Source: a phage. Taken from it: a DNA stretch of 38,683 nucleotides. The notes under the pieces were generated by a model. The model made no database searches and was not told the DNA's origin. It saw nothing but the letters and a program-made list of their open reading frames with translations. The translations under genes and the position numbers were made by a program. Positions 27,846 through 36,452 of the stretch are shown piece by piece (the first letter of the stretch is position 1; each line of letters starts with the position of its first letter). The stretch lies in assembly GCA_033178465.1 (NCBI GenBank), contig GCA_033178465.1_4726.3. One strand, written 5' to 3'.

Positions 27846-29492
27846 TTAGGCTCCACGAGGTCCCGTTAAGTTGCGTAGTAGGAACGCAACCGTATCGTAA
27901 CCAATATCGATGTTGAATTTATTTTTACCGCTTACCCAGAAAGCTCGCTTCTTGTGCGAGTTGGTAATTTCGTCAATGGCTTCCATGGAATAAAGAACGT
28001 TAACCGAGACTGTATCACCATCAAAGTCCCCACCAAGTCCGGCGAGGTATGGCGCAGGGACAATAGTCGTTTCTACGAACGAAGCATTAGGTAACCAGTC
28101 GGGGTATTCCCATGCGATAAATCGTTCATCCGTCATTGGTTCCCAGTTACTATCCAGTTCGGTTTTCGGTTTTGCTGCAACGGTCGTACGCGCGTAACAG
28201 GTTAACGGAATGACGGATTGCATACCCGATACCGGATAACGTGTTACCATCGCAGCCAGGTTATTCCAGTATTTATATCCTGCGATATAGATAAGCTCGG
28301 TGTACGTGATGGGGTGAACATCCGCACCAGGTTTGTTAAGCATCTCCGGGGGTAATTCACTCATACCACGGAATAACCGAAACGAATCGTTGTTCACATA
28401 GACAAGACAAAGATATCGTCCATTAACCATGATAGGTTCGTTACGCACACCGGGATCGCTTAAGGTGTTCAATAAACGTTCTATCCCGTCCCATGTTGTA
28501 AAGTCATCGATGGTGTCTGGATCAAGCGTGACGCGCTCACGTTCCATCGTTTCGGTATCAATAAGTTCAACTTCTGTAACATCACGGACAAATATTTCCT
28601 GCAAAATACCCGTACGTAACGCATGTTGCGTTACGGGGAGAGCAGCTTTACTCATCTGGTATAACCCTAACTGAACCGCGGTACAGGAAGGCTGGTTAGG
28701 CGACCCTAATACCTCCGTTGTGGGGTTAATTGCCGAAATAACGTTACGGGTTGAGTTCCAAACACGACGTGAGCCGAACTTCCCTTGGAAGATCCCTTTC
28801 TTACCTTGGAACATATCCAACAACAAAGCGTAGATATCGTTAAATGTTCTCTGTAAGCTCCAGCGTTGACCGTCGTAAACGGGATCGGAATAATCTTTTA
28901 ATCCATCAGGGACGGTGTTGGAAATTGCCAGGAAACGACGATACAACTCTGTGATTTCTTGCTCGCTTTCATACCCGCCTTCTTTTACTTCTATTTCACG
29001 TAAGCCCGCAGGTAAAACCAGTAAGTGACGGGTCATCGCTTTGAACATGTTCTCTTCGACAACTTTAATTCGTAGCTCTCGTTGAGCTGAACCCGTTGAA
29101 ACGAACTTGATATCAGCGACGTGTTGTGCAAAGAACCCGTATCCTGTTTGTCCTGTTAACGCATCGGACGCAACGAAGTCGCGTTGTTCAGGATCCCAAC
29201 GCGCGTACGCCTTTCCTGACATGATATCGCCATAGAGGTGTTTTAATCGAATGAGGCGGTCGTAAATGACAGGATGCAGGATTTCAACCTTGCATTCAAT
29301 CACCGCAAATCGACGGTCTCGATCTTCACTACCCGCACTACCAAAGATGGTGTAAGAATAGAAACCATCATCGTGGAAATTACCGGTGCTTGGGTCACGA
29401 ATGCTCATGCTCGTGATCTTGGGGAGAAAACGTAACTGCTGTTTATCGAGGTGTAAAATACTAATATTAAACGGCTCTCTGACTTTAGCCAT
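27846..29492 (-). CDS. multisubunit RNA polymerase beta-prime N-terminal fragment (about 548 aa)
   Basis: Contains LAGLGGDFDGDTVSVNVLY (codons at about 28014..28028), matching the beta-prime Mg-binding NADFDGD loop; the N-terminus DGFYSYTIFGS...RRFAVIECKVEILHPV parallels beta-prime GLFCARIFGP...ERMGHIELASPTAHIWF, and GKFGSRRVWNSTRNVISA parallels GKRVDYSGRSVI. The track start (29534) has no SD; the ATG at 29490-29492 (MAKVREPF...) is preceded by AGAGGAG at 7-nt spacing. Confidence 0.75.
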   Translation of the reverse strand: MAKVREPFNISILHLDKQQLRFLPKITSMSIRDPSTGNFHDDGFYSYTIFGSAGSEDRDRRFAVIECKVEILHPVIYDRLIRLKHLYGDIMSGKAYARWDPEQRDFVASDALTGQTGYGFFAQHVADIKFVSTGSAQRELRIKVVEENMFKAMTRHLLVLPAGLREIEVKEGGYESEQEITELYRRFLAISNTVPDGLKDYSDPVYDGQRWSLQRTFNDIYALLLDMFQGKKGIFQGKFGSRRVWNSTRNVISAINPTTEVLGSPNQPSCTAVQLGLYQMSKAALPVTQHALRTGILQEIFVRDVTEVELIDTETMERERVTLDPDTIDDFTTWDGIERLLNTLSDPGVRNEPIMVNGRYLCLVYVNNDSFRLFRGMSELPPEMLNKPGADVHPITYTELIYIAGYKYWNNLAAMVTRYPVSGMQSVIPLTCYARTTVAAKPKTELDSNWEPMTDERFIAWEYPDWLPNASFVETTIVPAPYLAGLGGDFDGDTVSVNVLYSMEAIDEITNSHKKRAFWVSGKNKFNIDIGYDTVAFLLRNLTGPRGA

Positions 29493-29737
29493 GGAGACAC
29501 TCCTCTTTACCACCACCGGCTGCGGCGGTATCATCTGAACACACGAGAGACGTAATGGGTGATGGCGTCACCCATCGCTTCCTTGCCTGATGCCAGGAAG
29601 TTATTAGGTTACGTACCTGCCTGATTTTATCAAGCGGGCGATGTGTGAAGTTACGCTTCAACATTATCAATGCCGAAGGTAAGCTTCGTGCATCACGTTC
29701 CAACGTAACATGGGAACGTATCGAACTGGAGGTATAC

Positions 29738-32700
29738 ATGGTAGATAAAACCCGTGTTGAGGGTGATGATAATTGGGATAACTGGGATGAAGACTTCTCC
29801 CTGGATCTCGATTTTAACGAACCCAAAGACGATCGTAAACCGATAACACGCTTTGCGGTAGGAGCGGTTAAAGGTGCTGCTGAAGATCTTACTTCCTACG
29901 AAAGAATGAAGGAGATCGCCAGAAACGCATTGCCTAAGGGCTACAGCGACGGTATGGATCTTATCGATTCCGCCGTCGGATCCACGAAGGAACTATACAA
30001 TGAAGCCGTTCGTGACGTTCTTCCTAAGGTCCAAAGCTCAAAACGGTTAGCTGCACAACTAACCAAGAAATACCGTGCGAGCATGCCCGATTTCTCGAAG
30101 AAAATTCTCGAGCAATGGGAGCGAGAAGCCAAGGAAGAAGACGAACGTAAACAAGCTGAAGAAGCCCTTCGTCAACGCATGGCGAGCGCGGGGGACGATG
30201 AGATTGCCCGCAAGGTTGCCGAGGCATTAGGCGAATCAGCAAACCAAAGCGCGGATCAGTTTGCTGAACAGCAAGCGAAAGAGAGTATCCGTGACGATAT
30301 CGCTGACAAACGGTACGCTGTAACCAACAAACAAATGAGTGCGATGCAAGAAGGCGTCGCCAAGATGGTTGGTTTCAACAATGAATTCGCTGCACGCTAC
30401 ATGCGTAAAAGCCTGGAACTGAAATATCGTTCCTTAGCGATTCAACGTGCAAGTTTTGATCAGCATAAAAAGTTAGCCGAAGTCTATATCGGTTTATTAC
30501 AAAACATCCAGAAGAATACGGCTTTACCTGATGCAGCTAAAGCGAAGATGTCGGAAGAATTCCGTCGTAGTGCATACCAACGTTTCTTTGGTAATGCGTT
30601 AGATGCGATGGGTTCTTTCGAGAACCGTTTCTTTGCCGATGTTAAGAAGAACCTCGCCACCAACGCATTAGGTGCTTTAAAAGGCGTCGTGTCTGGCGCA
30701 AACGATGCGTTATACGGTTTAAACGAAGCACGTGACTCGATGTCCGTGATGGACGGGATGGGGTCAGAAGGCGATATTAAGGAAATGCAAGGAAAGATGT
30801 TGGGTCAGTTCATTGGCTCAACTGTCGCACCATGGATGGCTAATAAAGGCAGGATGGCGTTACGTGATTTAGCAAAACGTCACCCCAATGCTAAATTCGC
30901 TAGCGCGTTAAAAGCCGTGGATCAAGGTGGTGAGGCTGCCGCATACACAACGCGTAATCTCGGTAAACTGCTCCAGGAAGATATTCGTAAGAACGAATTC
31001 AATCTTAGCGATCCGTTTTACAAGCAATTGTTACGCGGCGCAGGGCGTTGGGCGTTCAACATGGACAGCGGACGTAACTTCCGTGTGATGAACGACACCG
31101 CTGAAACACTGGCAGAGCAAACGTCTTTCGACGGTTTAACTTACCGCAGTATCAATGAAGTTATTCCTGGTTTTCTTGCACGCATTCTGAAAAGCAGTGA
31201 AGGTATCCGCACCGGAAACAGCGATCCTGACTACGAGGTCTATGACGGCATCAGCGGACAATTCGTGTCTCAGCGCACGCGTGAACAAAGCGTCAATGAC
31301 ACGCTGTTTAACAAACGTACATTTGGTTATTACGCCAGCCGTTTCAACGAGGTTATCTCGGTCATCGATCCTGATAAGCAATTATCGGAAAAAGCCAGGA
31401 AGGCACTGGCTAAACAGTTGGCGCGAGATAGCGACGCGAACATCGCATTCGACCCGGTTCGTTTTACGGATGAAAGCAACTTCGATCGTAGCATTGACCG
31501 TGACGCTATTAAGGAACTTTCCACGTACTTTCGTGACCGTTACGGTATTCGTGACGATATCAACGATAAGGGGGAACGTCATCAGGTCATTGGAAACCGC
31601 GGGCAATATTACACGGAACGTAACCGAGCCGATCTTCGCTACGGAAATCTGAAATCGTTACAACCGGATATCCAGCGTAACCTTAACCTACTGAAACGCA
31701 CTGGTGACGTCCAATATCTGGAACGTATTGGTATTGTAACGAGAAATAGCGACGGAAGTTACTCGGTTAATCACGATCGGTATTTCTCTGAAATCGATCG
31801 ATACATCGACCGACCGGAGTACGCTGAACGTAATGATGTTAATACGCGATTAACCGCTCAGGAAACAAGAGCGCTGGCGTTGGGTTATCGTGACGCAAAA
31901 CCATCAGTTGATGACGTCCAAAATGCGGGTCTACCGAACATCGGTCGTAAGGCTGTTGGAACAGTAACCGTTGATGAAAACATCGGCTACGATAAATGGT
32001 GGAACGACACAGGTGTTATCACTACATCGCTTGAAGAACAGAATCGAGCATGGCAAGAACTCTATCTCGAAGCGTTGTCCGAAGCATCCGAACAACGTGT
32101 TGAAATGCTTGCGTTGCTGAAAGCCATTTCTGAGAAAGACTGGTCTAATAACGTTTCGCTGGATGGTGAAGATGTACCTGAAGGTGCAGCACCCATTTCA
32201 TTTATTGACCGCGCCAAACAAAAACTCGGCGCACGCAACCTCTTTAAAGGCGGTCGTAATCTCTTCTGGAAAGGAATTAAAAATACCGCACGGTTGGGTG
32301 TTAAAGGTGCGCGCTGGGGTGCAGAACGTACATTAGGTAGTTTGGTAAATTCTGGCCGACGCATTATCAATTTCAACCGCTTCGTGTTCGGCGCGTTATC
32401 CAAGGTTGATCAGGTTCCGTTCGACATTTACGTTAAAGGGGAATCCCAACCACGCATATTGGCTGCCAAACTTCGTCAAGGGTTATACTTCGATGAAGCG
32501 ACAGGAAAAGCCGTAAAACGGATGAAGGATATCAAAGGCCCACTCGTTGATGCAGATGGAAACATCGTAATCAGCGACGAGGATATCGAGAAAGGGTTGG
32601 TCACTCGCGCTGGTCGTGCCTTTGAGAATTCAGGACTTAAGGCGTGGGCACGTGAAGGTCTTAATGGAATAACGACGGTATTAAGTCTGCCACGGATGTT

Positions 32701-35700
32701 AAAACGCGGTGCGGTCGAGATCTACAAACAGCTTGACAAAACACCCGACGTTTACGTCAAGGGAGAATCAACGCCTCGTCTGTTGTCCATGGTGTTAGCA
32801 GCGGGTGGGTATTTCCGTCGCTCTGACGGACAAGTCATCAAAAATCTTGAAGACGTCGATGGTGATGTTGTTGATGCACAAGGTAACGTCGTGCTTACGC
32901 TTGCCGACATGCAGAAAGGACTTGTCGATAAATACGGTAAAGCGATTCGTCGCTTAAAAGAAAAGCTCATCAACTTCGGTGTAAAAGCTTTTACGTTACC
33001 GTTAACGCTGCTACGTAAGACAAAGGACATCCTTAAAGCCCTTCCAGGTAAAACCGTTAACGGCCTACGACGGATGGGATTAAATTTCCAATCACCTGAC
33101 GCATTACTGGTGGGAACAACGTCGAGCATGGTAGATCGGCTCGATGCGATTTACCAGCTTCTTGACCAGCGTATGCCGGGTGGTGATAAGGATTACCGCG
33201 ATTGGAATGGCGATGGTGTTCGAGAAGGATCGTTGGAAGACCTGAAACGTAAACGTGAAGCCAAGGAAAACGGTAAGGATGACACCGGCAAAGATTCCAA
33301 TAAAGGAGAAGAAAAGGAGAAGAAACGAGGGTTACTCGGAAGCCTTTTCGATATGCTCGGCGATACCGCATTAGGTAAACGCCTCATGGCGAGTCCGCTT
33401 GGAAAAATTCTGGGTGGTCTTGGGGCGGTGTTAAGCGGCGGAGCATCGTTAACCGGATTGTTAGGCAAGGGTCTCATTAGTGGAACCGGCGCGCTGGTCA
33501 AGGGAGGACTAAGTGCGGCAGGATGGTTAGGACGCGGTGCGTTAATGGCGGGCGGGGCCGCATTGAACGCTGTTGGTGGGTTATCGGGATTAGGTGCATT
33601 CCTTATCTCACCTGTTGGGCTTGCTATTGCAGGCGGTGCATTGGCTGCTTATGCTGGATGGAAGATCTATCAGCATTTCGCCGAGAAGCCTGACCCGATG
33701 CAGAAGCTCCGTCTTATTGCATACGGTGCAAAAGGGGACGATAAAGACTTCAATAAGAAGCTGCTTGCGACAGAAACATACCTCACCGACCATGTGGTTA
33801 TGACCGGGGATACCATCGGATTCGATCCGAAAGCGGATTCTGAAAAGATTCTCGAAATCTGGGAATTGTCCCTGGAAGATTCCGACCGAATGAACGAATG
33901 GAAACGCTGGTATCTGCATCGTTTTATTCCTGTTTTCGCTCGCGCGTACAAACTCTGGAAAGAGCATATGCCGGACGAGAAGAAATACATGGAAATGGAT
34001 AAATATCCGAACGGTGAGAACAAAGTGAAATGGTCGGAAGCGTTTATCTGGCCTTCCGATAGTCCTGATGGTCCGTATTACGTCGAAGCTAACCCGTTGG
34101 GTTCTTCTGGTGCGACGCGTTATATTGCTGGTCAAGACGTCAAAACCTTGATGCTGAAACAACTCGAAGCCATCAAGAAAGAGTACCAGAATCAGATCAA
34201 ACAATACTCTCATGATGAGGCTATTGCTGATTGGTCACGGATGTCTGACACACAACGTAAATCCGTTGCCCCTAACGCATTACGTGGTCAGAAAGCGTCG
34301 TTACGTTTTAACGATAAACGTTACAACAGCGCTGGCGCTAAAGGACGACAGAAGCTTGACGCGACCGCGGTTATTGAAAGCGTAGACCGCCGTGGCAGGA
34401 AATGGGTTGCCGGTGGATACATCGATGAACTCACCAGTCTCCGTGTTCGCGCGTACGGTATCAAGGTTCCGTTGTTAAGCCAGATAAAAGTGCTGATGGA
34501 ACTTGAAGACGCTGTAGAACCTGGCGTTGTCGCTGAAGGTAAAGGTGTTAAATACGGTGGCGATCTTGTCGCGCTCTACAAGAAATTCGCGACGAAGTTC
34601 GGAAGAGACGTTAACAGCAAGCATGATCAGGATATCTGGTTTGCTTGGATGAACAACCGTTTCCTGCCCGTCTTTTTAACCTATTACCAACAAGTTAGCG
34701 ACATGGGCGGTCAAGGTCTTCTGTCCGACGTGGTACAGAACCTGAAAGACAGCCAACGCTGGGAGATCGGTGAAGCACTTGTCGCAACGCAATACCGTGA
34801 TGAGAAAGGTACACTGCAGCCCGTATGGTCCTGGAATAGTTGTGGTTTCTCCGGTACTGAAGCTAACACCACCAGCAGTTCAACAAAGAGCCAACTCGAT
34901 CTGTTAAAAGAATATGCGGATAAAGAGAAGGTTCGTGAGAAGAACGCGGAAGCATCGCAAGAGGATACCGAGAAATTATCGAAGATCCAAGAGCTGATGA
35001 TGAAGCAGGCTGGGTACGAGAAGAAGGACGGTGTCTGGCAGAAGAAATCTCGCATTACCGGTGGGATGAGTAACTCCGAAGCGAATTACAACCCCAATGG
35101 GAATAAGGTCGGTGCAAGCAGCTTTACTGCTTCGGCTACTTCCAATGCGGGATTAGGGTCAACCGGCGATCTTACTGGATTGCCTAACATGGGCTTACAG
35201 AAACCTGCAATGGGACCAGGTCCTGAAGCTGGACGTCGTACGCTTGTTAAATCCGCTGTAAAACGCGGTATTACCGATCCAATGGAAATGGCGATGTTCC
35301 TTGCGAACATCGAACATGAATCGGGGAACTACACTCACGTACGTGAGGGGAACTATAAGACACCAGAGCGTCTTAAACAGGTCTTCCCTTACAAATTCCG
35401 TGATGTGCAGGATGCCGCACAGACGATCAGCATGGGGCCGGAAGCGGTATTCGAACGTGTGTATGGTAATCGTAAAGATCTCGGAAACACACAGAAAGGA
35501 GACGGGGCGAAGTATTTAGGACGTGGCTTCATTCAGGTTACCGGTAAAGCTAACTACGCTCGTCTGTCTAAGACCTTGAATAAGGATCTTGTCAGCGATC
35601 CGACATACCTGGAAACGCCGGAAGGTGCAGCGGAAGGTAGTGTCGCATGGTGGCTCAACCGAGGTAACGTATTACGCGATCCCGCAAAACGGGGTGATGT

Positions 35701-36403
35701 ACGCCAAGTTCGTTATCTGGTTAACGGCGGCTATAACGGATTACGTGATGTTGAACAACGTTCAGCTTATTGGATTCAGGCGGCTAAGAACGGCACCCTG
35801 AAGAAAATGATGGACGAGTTATCAGGGTCAACATCCGACGATCAAGCTGAAGGACCAACCACTGCCGAACAGGTGAAGAACGAAGCGGCACAAGAGGCAA
35901 ACGGAACACCTGCTGTAAGCAACGATCCGCAAGCCCCAGTATCTTCTACTACCCCTGAAGCTAAACCGTCTGCGGCTGCCGGGACGGCCCCAGCACCTGG
36001 AGAAGCATCGCCAACGCCTGGAAGTTTCGAAACAGCAAAAGCCGCGGCAGGACAACCGACATCAACTCCAGCACCTAGCGATTTGCCGTCAAACCCGGGC
36101 GCAAATCGAGGGATATCGGTTCCGAATACGCCTGCACAGGTTGCGCAGTCTGCAACACAAACGTCGGCTGCAAGTGAGAACTTCTACGGTAGCGCAGGTG
36201 AAATTCTCCGACAGCAGCTGACCACACAGCAGAACATCGAGAAGAACACCGGTAGAACGAATGAACTTATTTCGGAATTAATCCAAGCCGTTAAGGGTTC
36301 TTCTATCGGTAAGGGTTCTGCAAGTCCTTCTCAACAACAGGCGATGTCGCTACCTAATCGTCCGCAAGGAATCTCTCCAACACGGACAAGGTACGCACAG
36401 TAG
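29738..36403 (+). CDS. giant multidomain virion-type protein with GH19 muralytic domain (2221 aa)
   Basis: The track ORF begins at GTG 29645; the ATG at 29738 follows GGAGG at 5-nt spacing. Contains a coiled-coil-like N-terminal third, a tandem ~108-aa repeat (32423..33060), a glycine-zipper hydrophobic segment (about 33325..33670), a GH19/lysozyme-like domain (about 35230..35800; FLANIEHESG, YLGRGFIQVTGKANY, LVNGGYNG) and a Pro/Ala/Ser/Thr-rich C-terminal tail. Confidence 0.7.
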   Translation: MVDKTRVEGDDNWDNWDEDFSLDLDFNEPKDDRKPITRFAVGAVKGAAEDLTSYERMKEIARNALPKGYSDGMDLIDSAVGSTKELYNEAVRDVLPKVQSSKRLAAQLTKKYRASMPDFSKKILEQWEREAKEEDERKQAEEALRQRMASAGDDEIARKVAEALGESANQSADQFAEQQAKESIRDDIADKRYAVTNKQMSAMQEGVAKMVGFNNEFAARYMRKSLELKYRSLAIQRASFDQHKKLAEVYIGLLQNIQKNTALPDAAKAKMSEEFRRSAYQRFFGNALDAMGSFENRFFADVKKNLATNALGALKGVVSGANDALYGLNEARDSMSVMDGMGSEGDIKEMQGKMLGQFIGSTVAPWMANKGRMALRDLAKRHPNAKFASALKAVDQGGEAAAYTTRNLGKLLQEDIRKNEFNLSDPFYKQLLRGAGRWAFNMDSGRNFRVMNDTAETLAEQTSFDGLTYRSINEVIPGFLARILKSSEGIRTGNSDPDYEVYDGISGQFVSQRTREQSVNDTLFNKRTFGYYASRFNEVISVIDPDKQLSEKARKALAKQLARDSDANIAFDPVRFTDESNFDRSIDRDAIKELSTYFRDRYGIRDDINDKGERHQVIGNRGQYYTERNRADLRYGNLKSLQPDIQRNLNLLKRTGDVQYLERIGIVTRNSDGSYSVNHDRYFSEIDRYIDRPEYAERNDVNTRLTAQETRALALGYRDAKPSVDDVQNAGLPNIGRKAVGTVTVDENIGYDKWWNDTGVITTSLEEQNRAWQELYLEALSEASEQRVEMLALLKAISEKDWSNNVSLDGEDVPEGAAPISFIDRAKQKLGARNLFKGGRNLFWKGIKNTARLGVKGARWGAERTLGSLVNSGRRIINFNRFVFGALSKVDQVPFDIYVKGESQPRILAAKLRQGLYFDEATGKAVKRMKDIKGPLVDADGNIVISDEDIEKGLVTRAGRAFENSGLKAWAREGLNGITTVLSLPRMLKRGAVEIYKQLDKTPDVYVKGESTPRLLSMVLAAGGYFRRSDGQVIKNLEDVDGDVVDAQGNVVLTLADMQKGLVDKYGKAIRRLKEKLINFGVKAFTLPLTLLRKTKDILKALPGKTVNGLRRMGLNFQSPDALLVGTTSSMVDRLDAIYQLLDQRMPGGDKDYRDWNGDGVREGSLEDLKRKREAKENGKDDTGKDSNKGEEKEKKRGLLGSLFDMLGDTALGKRLMASPLGKILGGLGAVLSGGASLTGLLGKGLISGTGALVKGGLSAAGWLGRGALMAGGAALNAVGGLSGLGAFLISPVGLAIAGGALAAYAGWKIYQHFAEKPDPMQKLRLIAYGAKGDDKDFNKKLLATETYLTDHVVMTGDTIGFDPKADSEKILEIWELSLEDSDRMNEWKRWYLHRFIPVFARAYKLWKEHMPDEKKYMEMDKYPNGENKVKWSEAFIWPSDSPDGPYYVEANPLGSSGATRYIAGQDVKTLMLKQLEAIKKEYQNQIKQYSHDEAIADWSRMSDTQRKSVAPNALRGQKASLRFNDKRYNSAGAKGRQKLDATAVIESVDRRGRKWVAGGYIDELTSLRVRAYGIKVPLLSQIKVLMELEDAVEPGVVAEGKGVKYGGDLVALYKKFATKFGRDVNSKHDQDIWFAWMNNRFLPVFLTYYQQVSDMGGQGLLSDVVQNLKDSQRWEIGEALVATQYRDEKGTLQPVWSWNSCGFSGTEANTTSSSTKSQLDLLKEYADKEKVREKNAEASQEDTEKLSKIQELMMKQAGYEKKDGVWQKKSRITGGMSNSEANYNPNGNKVGASSFTASATSNAGLGSTGDLTGLPNMGLQKPAMGPGPEAGRRTLVKSAVKRGITDPMEMAMFLANIEHESGNYTHVREGNYKTPERLKQVFPYKFRDVQDAAQTISMGPEAVFERVYGNRKDLGNTQKGDGAKYLGRGFIQVTGKANYARLSKTLNKDLVSDPTYLETPEGAAEGSVAWWLNRGNVLRDPAKRGDVRQVRYLVNGGYNGLRDVEQRSAYWIQAAKNGTLKKMMDELSGSTSDDQAEGPTTAEQVKNEAAQEANGTPAVSNDPQAPVSSTTPEAKPSAAAGTAPAPGEASPTPGSFETAKAAAGQPTSTPAPSDLPSNPGANRGISVPNTPAQVAQSATQTSAASENFYGSAGEILRQQLTTQQNIEKNTGRTNELISELIQAVKGSSIGKGSASPSQQQAMSLPNRPQGISPTRTRYAQ
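32423..33060 (+). repeat. intragenic tandem duplication (2 x ~108 codons) inside the giant gene
   Basis: Protein modules DIYVKGESQPRILAAKLRQGLYFDEATGKAVKRMKDIKGPLVDADGNIVISDEDIEKGLV... and DVYVKGESTPRLLSMVLAAGGYFRRSDGQVIKNLEDVDGDVVDAQGNVVLTLADMQKGLV... align along their length; the nucleotide copies start at 32423 and 32747. Confidence 0.5.
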
Positions 36404-36414
36404 TCATTAGTTAA

Positions 36415-36433
36415 GGGCGGGAGATTCCCGCCC
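36415..36433 (+). terminator. intercistronic hairpin GGGCGGGA-GAT-TCCCGCCC (attenuator-type)
   Basis: Perfect 8-bp GC stem 12 nt after the TAG stop, followed by TCTTCTTG and then the SD (GAGGAA) and ATG of the next gene. Confidence 0.4.
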
Positions 36434-36452
36434 TCTTCTTGAGGAATGTTAC

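Noticed and set aside
29645-29737. N-terminal extension of the giant gene from the track's GTG start
   Set aside because: No Shine-Dalgarno sequence precedes the GTG, whereas the ATG at 29738 has GGAGG at ideal spacing; the extension is probably untranslated leader, which contains an ACGTTCC...GGAACGT hairpin.
29485-29826. 113-aa minus-strand ORF spanning the divergent region between the beta-prime and giant-protein genes
   Set aside because: Overlaps both the corrected start of the beta-prime gene and the leader of the giant gene; no SD; likely spurious.
33608-34213. 201-aa minus-strand ORF (and nested 117-aa ORF) antisense to the giant plus-strand gene
   Set aside because: Lies entirely inside a well-supported coding region on the opposite strand, has no SD, and its translation is low-complexity. 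Treated as a frame artefact.
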